The notes under the pieces: generated by a model
What the model saw: only the letters and a program-made list of their open reading frames with translations
Databases searched by the model: none
What the model was told of the DNA's origin: nothing
Made by a program: the position numbers and the translations under genes
DNA from: Amoebidium appalachense
Taxonomy: Eukaryota; Protista; Ichthyosporea
Direction: 5' to 3'
NCBI GenBank assembly: GCA_963693365.1
Contig: CAVNZM010000015.1
Coordinates: forward strand, 930,001 to 994,000
DNA length: 64,000 nt
Part shown: piece by piece, positions 43,264-64,000 of the stretch
Layout of the letters: every line of letters begins with the position of its first letter
Position numbering within the stretch: the first letter of the stretch is position 1

Positions 43264-44664
43264 TAAAATACTATACTCATCAGAAAATGATGTAGAACCC
43301 CAGTACATCAAGAAATTCTTTTTTTTTTTTTTCAAAGACAACGCGGCTCCATAACAAAATAAAAACCAGGTAATCATAACTTTTAGATGTAATTCGTTTG
43401 TGTTATTTTAAAATCAAATGCTTGCTTATATTGAAAGTGCGTAATAATTAAATCTCTAAAAGGCTGTTTGTTATGTTATGATAATGACACGACAAAAAAA
43501 TGTCTACTTTTTTGGAACCCTAATTATTAAGTTTCTTTCTCATTCTCATAGAGAAATCAAAGGTAAAACTCAGTCGGCATGTGTCATGTTCCTTAGGCAA
43601 CACCGTACTGATCATTATCGCTTTTTGGGAGCTTTGGCAGGATACATTTCTCCTACTGTACGTATGGATACCACCCTAGTAGATAAGTCTGTACATGTAT
43701 GGTGCTCTGGTGTTGATATTGCCTGGGAAGTTGTGCAGTGGCGTTGTAATTCTTGTTTCCATCGCCGCTGGTGCCACTTTTGTGCTGAACCTTTTGATCG
43801 AAATCATGTTGATAGGTGTGAGTTTTTATGTCGCGTTTTACCTCTTTCCCGTGACGGGTGTCTGCTACACTGGCTGGCAATGTGAACACTTCAGACTTTT
43901 TCAACGTTTGAATTCTGTTGGTCGTCACATTGAGTATTTATATGATTTTCACACAGTGTTCAGGTATCTCAGTATGCACTTGTTACTGGATAACTCGTGA
44001 AGTTTTTATTGTCTTCTCAGTATGCCGTGCATACTTGCATATCTTTCCGTCGAATAAAGCCAGTCAAAAGGCAAAAAAAAAATAATTCAGCATTTTCATT
44101 TTTATTGAGAGTCTAGGTGTTTCTCTTAGATCAGTTCGACAAGCCAATCAAATTGCGGTACAATTTTATTGTATCCAATCATAATGTTCGTAAAGCCCTC
44201 TTACGTAAGCCCGTGGGCCGTGGCTCATGATCGCATTCCTCCGTCACACCAAGTCCGACGTTTTCGTGTGGAGTCGCGATCGAATTCGCGCCCTGCGTGA
44301 CTGTGTCTCAGAGTCTTGGGAAATGTTCTTGGAGATGGTTTCTTTTCCATTGTTCTGACAGGAGAAAAAATCTGTTAAGGAAAGAAATCGGGTGCATATA
44401 GAAGCTTTAGAAATTTAAAATTTAAACTTGTGTAAGTGTTATGGTCCAAACAACTAAACCCTAGCATCGCTAGCCTCACCAATTAGCTGAGTTATCAACT
44501 AGGTGTTGCTTGACAAGCACGTTTTTACTCCTGGAGGATGGAGTCTTTGCTGGTTTAAACATAAGGATCCAAAAGACCTAAAAATAAAAAACTAAATAGT
44601 AATATTAGAAATCTCAGCCTATAAAACTTCCACTTACCGCAAAACATCGTTATAATATTCCAAG

Positions 44665-58212
<13,548 letters not shown>

Positions 58213-59765
58213 CGATCGGATCGGATTCGATCGTCGGACCTGATCGGATCGGATCGGATAAGGTTTGGTTTGGTTGGTACTCCGATGACGGTTGGTTTAT
58301 AGGTCGGATTGGAATGGATAAGATTGGGTGGTTGTATTTTCTTTCTTTTTTATATATTGAACTTTTTGTTGAGATCGGGGCATCAGACAGGTCTGGGAAT
58401 GGATATATGGCACAATCGCCACAGACACAACCGAGATAATCACTTCGTTGCTTTGCCGGATATCCAACGAGGTTTGTTGTCCGCTAGTGATCGGGTTTGA
58501 TTGGATGGAGTTGGATAAGGTGTAGCTGTGTTCGGCTGGGTTTTGATTAGGGGCACTTGTTTTTCTTCTGTGGGATCAAATGTTACATTTGTTCATGTGC
58601 TTGGGCGTTAACGTTGGGTGTATGTTATGACTCTGTGCATATTTGCATGTGGTTTTTACTGTTTTTGTTTGCTATCCTCATGGGCGAATAGTGATAGGCA
58701 TTTACTCAGGTTGTGAGAGAACCGTACGGAGGGGGAGGGCGAGGAGTGGGGGGCGGGTGGGGGAGGAGGAGACTAGGCTGCAAGTAGAGTTGCTCTCTTG
58801 CTTTTGAAAAAAAGGATAATCTGAAAAAAGGATAATCGGCATTGCATTAGTGGAACACTATGTATTAGTATATATATCATATGAGATGTATATGCGCATG
58901 CATGTATACATATATACTTACACAAATTGTTATACATTTGTTGTTTTTTATATGCACTACAGAGTTATGTTAATGAGAAATCACACTCGTTATTTTGGCA
59001 TTAGTGCATTGCTAATCTGCATGTACTTGGTGATATTTAGGTCATTGAATTTGAAGTGTCACTGTGTGGCATGACATAACATGTGTGTTCAAATGCATTC
59101 CGTGAAATAACACACATCGACTGATATACTTTTCAAATGGTAGAGCTCCAGAGTGCAGGATCACTGAGAAGGCGTGTGTGCATGGAGAGGAGGGGGGGGG
59201 GGGGGGGGGGGGGGGCTGGCCAGCCAGAGGATGTGTGTGTCACGTATAATTTTTTTTATCTCGGTTTGTTCCCGGAGGGACGCCCGCAGCAGGGGACCCT
59301 CATGATAGAAACTACTGTCTTCCACACAGCACCGGATGTTCGTACGCCAATCATAGCAATCTTCAAGTTAGCACCCTAACTAGGTGCTTTGTGGAAGTTG
59401 ATTTGAACCTTTTCCGCTTGTGATGCCAGAGGTACCATCACATCATAATGATTATGCCGGCGTGTAACTACTGTAACGGTAATTCTCTTCATGGAGCTCA
59501 AGTGACCCCAAGTGCCAAGACGGTGCACACTCAGGCGTACTGTACGGCGATTGCAGTGCATAGAATGTGAATTAGCCCAGCCTGAGGTGTACACGTCATG
59601 AGCGAAAACGACGAGACCATTCTAGGCTACCTAGTGCGAGACAGTGCCACGTTAAAAGAGCCGAGGACTTTTTAACAGTTATAATACGAAAAAACCCCTC
59701 CACCCGCCCCCCCCCCCACCTCCCCTCTTCCTCCTTTCCTTGCACACACGCCTTCTCAGAGCTTT

Positions 59766-59865
<100 letters not shown>

Positions 59866-60000
59866 GAGAGGGAGAGAGGGGGGGGGAGGGGGGGAGAGAA
59901 AGAGAGAGAGGGAGGGGGGGGGGGGAGGGGGGGGAGGGGGGGGAGGGGGGAGAGAGGGGGGGGGGAGAGAGAGAGAGGGAGGGAGAGGGGGGAGGGGGGA

Positions 60001-60080
<80 letters not shown>

Positions 60081-60163
60081 AAGAGATATCGGAGTCTAGA
60101 GAGGCTGGAGCTCGTTCGCGTTCGTCCAACCTGGCAACGAAGAGACCATTTTTTCCACCCCGA

Positions 60164-60469
60164 TTATCCACCCAGCGCAAAGAAGAACAGAAACAACACC
60201 CCAGAGACGGCAGCCATTTTCATGTTCCGTTTGTAGGTGTCTCTCAAAGCGGCCGCGGCACCGGTGCCTTGGGATGGCGATGCATAACAGCCATGGTTAG
60301 GAATAGTGACATTACTTTCGTCTGCCTGCGAAGGTGAATCAACCACATGCACAGACCCTGTTGCATTCGGAACACTATGGGTCCTGTCGAGGGGTTTTCC
60401 GGTCGACGTTTTGGGGTCCGATCCTTGTGTTTTCAAAAGGCGGGACCCGTTGATATCAACATGTACATC
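60164..60469 (-). CDS. Possible terminal exon of a hypothetical gene (Ser/Thr-rich, hydrophobic C-terminus)
   Basis: CTTGCAG acceptor followed by ~100 open codons ending VSGVLFLFFFALGG*. Upstream exons could not be joined convincingly. Confidence 0.25.
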   Translation of the reverse strand, partial: DVHVDINGSRLLKTQGSDPKTSTGKPLDRTHSVPNATGSVHVVDSPSQADESNVTIPNHGCYASPSQGTGAAAALRDTYKRNMKMAAVSGVLFLFFFALGG

Positions 60470-60917
60470 CTGCAAGTGAAGTGCCTTTCACCACAAACTT
60501 TGATGCACACCCCCAGTCAGTGCACTGCCTGGGGGTGGTGGTGGTGGCGGTGGTTTGGGGGGGAGAGGGAGGGAGGGGGGGGGGGGGGGGGGGGGAGGGG
60601 GGAGCTTTACCTTTGACATTGAGTCAGCAGATAAATACCTTTTTTATCTAGATAATATTCGAAACTTTAGTCCTAGAGAGAATTCATGCACATAGTCTAA
60701 GACATTTGTATTCGTCCTAGGCAGAATATATTGCAAGCGGATGTCAGACTGTGGTAATAGGGGCCACCTAAGAACTCAAGTTATTTACGGATTTTTATCT
60801 ATTATTGTTTTTGTTTTTTTTTGTGTTGTGGTAGTGGTGGTTGCGGCCGGGAGGGGGAGGGGTGGGTGGGTGCGTGGGTTGGGGAGAAGAGGGAGGGGGG
60901 AGGGAGATTTGGCGGTT

Positions 60918-60967
<50 letters not shown>

Positions 60968-61152
60968 GTACGGGGAGGAGTGAAGGCTCGGAAGAGAGAG
61001 CAGCCGAGAAATCATTTTTGGACCGATGGCCCGGCTTCTCTTGTGACCTCTTTTTTTCATTTTTTTTTTTTTCCCTTTCACTTTTCCTTTTCTTTCTTTT
61101 TTCTCCAACACGGGGGGGGGGGGGGGGAGGAGAGGGGGAACGGTAGCGTAGG

Positions 61153-61339
61153 GGTAGGAAGGGGGAACGGCCACTGTGGCCCACATGGCATGTGGGTGGT
61201 TCCCCCCCAAAGCTCTTTTCCCCTACCCCTTCCTGAGCTAACCGTGGAGGTTATGAATCCCCTGCCCTCCTCCCCAGCCTCTCGAGCTCCTTCCCTCCCA
61301 CGCCTTCCTCCCTCCCTCCGCGGCCCATTCCCACCCCCT

Positions 61340-61374
<35 letters not shown>

Positions 61375-61599
61375 CCGCCGCGGTAGGAAGGGGGAACGGC
61401 CACTGTGGCCCACATGGCATGTGGGTGGTTCCCCCCCAAAGCTCTTTTCCCCTACCCCTTCCTGAGCTAACCGTGGAGGTTATGAATCCCCTGCCCTCCT
61501 CCCCAGCCTCTCGAGCTCCTTCCCTCCCACGCCTTCCTCCCTCCCTCCGCGGCCCATTCACCCCCCTTCCCCCCCCCCCCCCCCCCCCCCCGCCGCCGC
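61153..61599. repeat. Near-perfect 229-bp tandem duplication, each copy ending in a C-run
   Basis: The copies start at 61153 and 61382 with GGTAGGAAGGGGGAACGGCCACTGTGGCCCACATGGCATGTGGG and are identical for ~175 nt. Confidence 0.9.
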
Positions 61600-61829
61600 G
61601 CGTGCGCGGGCGTTTGTGTGCGGTTTGCTGGCCTTGCACTGTGACGTCCGTGCCTGTGTGCTCGACGGAGAGACAAAGTCGAACAAGAGAAAAGAAATGC
61701 CGTTCGAAGGAGAGAGGTGGGGTGGCATGTGGAAAGGCAGGAGACCTATTTTAAAGGAAGAGAAGCCTGCGTATACGAGAGAGAGACAGAGAGAGCTTCA
61801 CGAGAGAGAGAGCTTCACGAGAGAGAGAG

Positions 61830-61911
<82 letters not shown>

Positions 61912-61972
61912 GAGGGAGAGAGAGATCTAGCTATAGATAGAGAATGAGAGAGAGATCTCTAGAGAGAGAGAC

Positions 61973-62029
<57 letters not shown>

Positions 62030-62187
62030 AGGGGGGGGGGGATAGAGAGAGAGAGAGAGAGAGTGTGTGTGTGTGTGTGTGCGCGCGCGCGCGTGCGTGT
62101 GGCTCACTGGGGGTCGGGGTCGAGGGTGGGGGGTTCAACGGGGGGGTGGGGGTAGGTGCGAGTGTTGGGGGAGGGGAAGGGGGGGCC

Positions 62188-62228
<41 letters not shown>

Positions 62229-62728
62229 GGGGGGGGGGGGGGGGGGGGAGGATAGTACATACGTATAGGACATATACATATGATGTCGCGACCCGCGTGC
62301 ACTTTCTTTAACCGCATTTTCGGTAAACGTCGTACCAGTGCCGGTACCGTACCGGCCCCGGCGGCCTTGCATGCGCGCGCGCGAACACGTGACCAGCACG
62401 AGCCACCAAAATTTTCCTCAAATAAAAGTTGACTCGAATTTACACATGGTTTAGGAGCACACCCATCAGGGGGAATTTGGAGACTATCAGAAGAAAACGA
62501 AGACGTGGCTTCGAATGGGCAGGGGCTCCCAAAATACGGCATTGTGATTGGGTTCGTGCGCACCAACACATAGATCTTCGTATGGTTTGAAACTTTTATA
62601 TGAGCAGCATGACTGGTGGCTGGCACTTTCTCGTGTGCTGATATATCGACCGCGGATAGTGGGCAAAGAAATAAAAATCTTGCGGACATAGAAAGCCAAT
62701 TCATTGATATTAAGGTTGTTAAACCTAA

Positions 62729-62971
62729 ATTGGCTCCCGTTGTGTCTTATTAGTACATACTCGTCAATTCAAATAGTACTTTCTAGTCCATGCATTAGAG
62801 GATTGTTAACCCTGATTGAGCAGATCTTTCAAAACACTATCTGCGTACCTATTGGCTAAAAATCTCTCTTGATATCCAATAGAAAACGAGGACACTTTTG
62901 ACAAGAGCGATTGGCTTTCATTGAGATCGACGCTATCGGTGATTGGGTCTCCAAGATTTTCCGGCGCCAAT
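62729..62971. promoter_or_regulatory. Cluster of six CCAAT/ATTGG boxes, a probable (possibly bidirectional) promoter
   Basis: ATTGG at 62729, 62851, 62910 and 62942; CCAAT at 62876 and 62967. The stretch is free of microsatellites and lies upstream of the 63528 ORF. Confidence 0.5.
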
Positions 62972-63527
62972 GAAATTGAGGCTTGCCCCCACTATCTACC
63001 TCCATTTTTGAGCCTCACAGAGACACGCACCATGCCAGTTTAGCGCTCAGTCTTTCTCTGATGGCTGGGCGCAAACTTATGACATAACTGACTTAGTTAG
63101 AAATCAAATAGCTACTTGGTAAAACAGTTACACATTTTTTGTTTCTAATAACAAGCACAGAGCAAAATATTGATACAAATCTAAGCAACTGCGGCTATAA
63201 CACCCTGCACGCGGTGGCCGCAAAAACATGGAGTAGTGAGGACAAACAGGGATACCAAGGGGTGCCTTTGATCCCGTGAAAACATACATAAGCACTCTTT
63301 ACTCAAACCATTTTCCCCCTAAGGTCTGGTTCATATTTCGACGCAAGCAATATACGCTACACGTACGCGTAAACAATAGACGTTCCTTCCCCACATTACA
63401 TCCTACAACAGCCCTGTGCTTTGCCCAAACCAGCGACACAGTACTTTCACGTGCACACGAATTTCAAACACCAACAAAAAAAAAAGCAGTTCACACACAC
63501 AAACACACACACACACACACACTTGAA

Positions 63528-63977
63528 ATGTCGGACGTGGTGGGTGCCATCTCAACCATCGACCACTTTCTCAACCCCCCTAGCACGTGCAGCACGCCTA
63601 CGAGTGCCCCTACGTGCCTGCCTTCCGCGTGCGCACGTGTGAATTCGCGCCCTGCAAGCACAGGCTCATCCGTGCTTGTAGATAGCCCCAGCTCAAGCAG
63701 TGCTGAAGATGAACTTTCCCCACTGAAAAGTCCAAGTATTTCTGGAAACCTTCGGCGTGGACGCTTCTTTCTTGTTCCGGCGAACACGGAAATGGCGGCG
63801 AATTTCCGGATTCAGGTAACAGATGTCTCCACGGGGGAGGAAGGGCAGAGGCGTCCGTGTTCGCGGAGGTATAGCGAGGGGGATCTGTACTATGCGTGGA
63901 AGAAACAGGGCATGGGTTATCCGCGGATTCCTCCTTCCCGCGGACCAAGGCAGGTGGTAGGCGCGCAGGCCACGTGA
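63528..63977 (+). CDS. Hypothetical intronless Ser/Pro-rich protein, 149 aa
   Basis: AAATG start, 450-nt open frame with non-repetitive composition, motifs RRGRFFLV and RRYSEGD, downstream of the CCAAT cluster. Confidence 0.5.
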   Translation: MSDVVGAISTIDHFLNPPSTCSTPTSAPTCLPSACARVNSRPASTGSSVLVDSPSSSSAEDELSPLKSPSISGNLRRGRFFLVPANTEMAANFRIQVTDVSTGEEGQRRPCSRRYSEGDLYYAWKKQGMGYPRIPPSRGPRQVVGAQAT

Positions 63978-64000
63978 TTTTGATGACATTTGATTGGTCG

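Noticed and set aside
43653-44040. Minus-strand frame (also ~60611-60748) interrupted only by TAA, hinting at stop-codon reassignment
   Set aside because: BRX1 ends at a TAA in the expected position and no well-supported exon contains an in-frame TAA. More likely UTR or non-coding sequence.
62135-62704. 189-aa minus-strand ORF as the first exon of a gene linked to 60164-60469
   Set aside because: No recognisable domain, it runs into poly-Pro, and I could not build a phase-consistent exon chain.

Overview
Eukaryotic, intron-rich genomic DNA saturated with poly(G)/poly(C) runs and (CA)n/(GT)n/(GA)n microsatellites. Almost all long ORFs in the supplied track are low-complexity artefacts. Joining exons by hand across GT-AG introns, with phases checked, gives five spliced host genes: BRX1/BRIX1 (+, 831-8301), an unknown coiled-coil protein (-, 11453-18374), a ZSWIM7/SWS1-like SWIM-finger gene (-, 30790-34843), a GT4-family glycosyltransferase (-, 36141-41690) and a ~606-aa coiled-coil protein with a BICD/BICDR-like C-terminus (+, 44665-58212). 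There is also an elongator tRNA-Met and a few weak orphan ORFs. An 8.7-kb CACTA/EnSpm-type transposon (19905-28645; 25-bp TIRs, GTA target duplication) carries a spliced accessory gene and the N-terminal Zn-finger exon of a transposase. The most unusual signal is a dispersed family of about 23 short elements in three subfamilies. They share a fixed 3' end running into poly(C), are variably 5'-truncated, and share a hairpin-rich upstream block. Every copy I found lies in the sense orientation of the gene it sits in, which suggests a retroposon that targets or is primed by poly(C)/poly(G). A second recurring theme is local duplication or tandem amplification of splice sites. The organism cannot be identified from this sequence; a unicellular holozoan is only a guess from gene content. 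All homology calls come from remembered motifs, not database searches.
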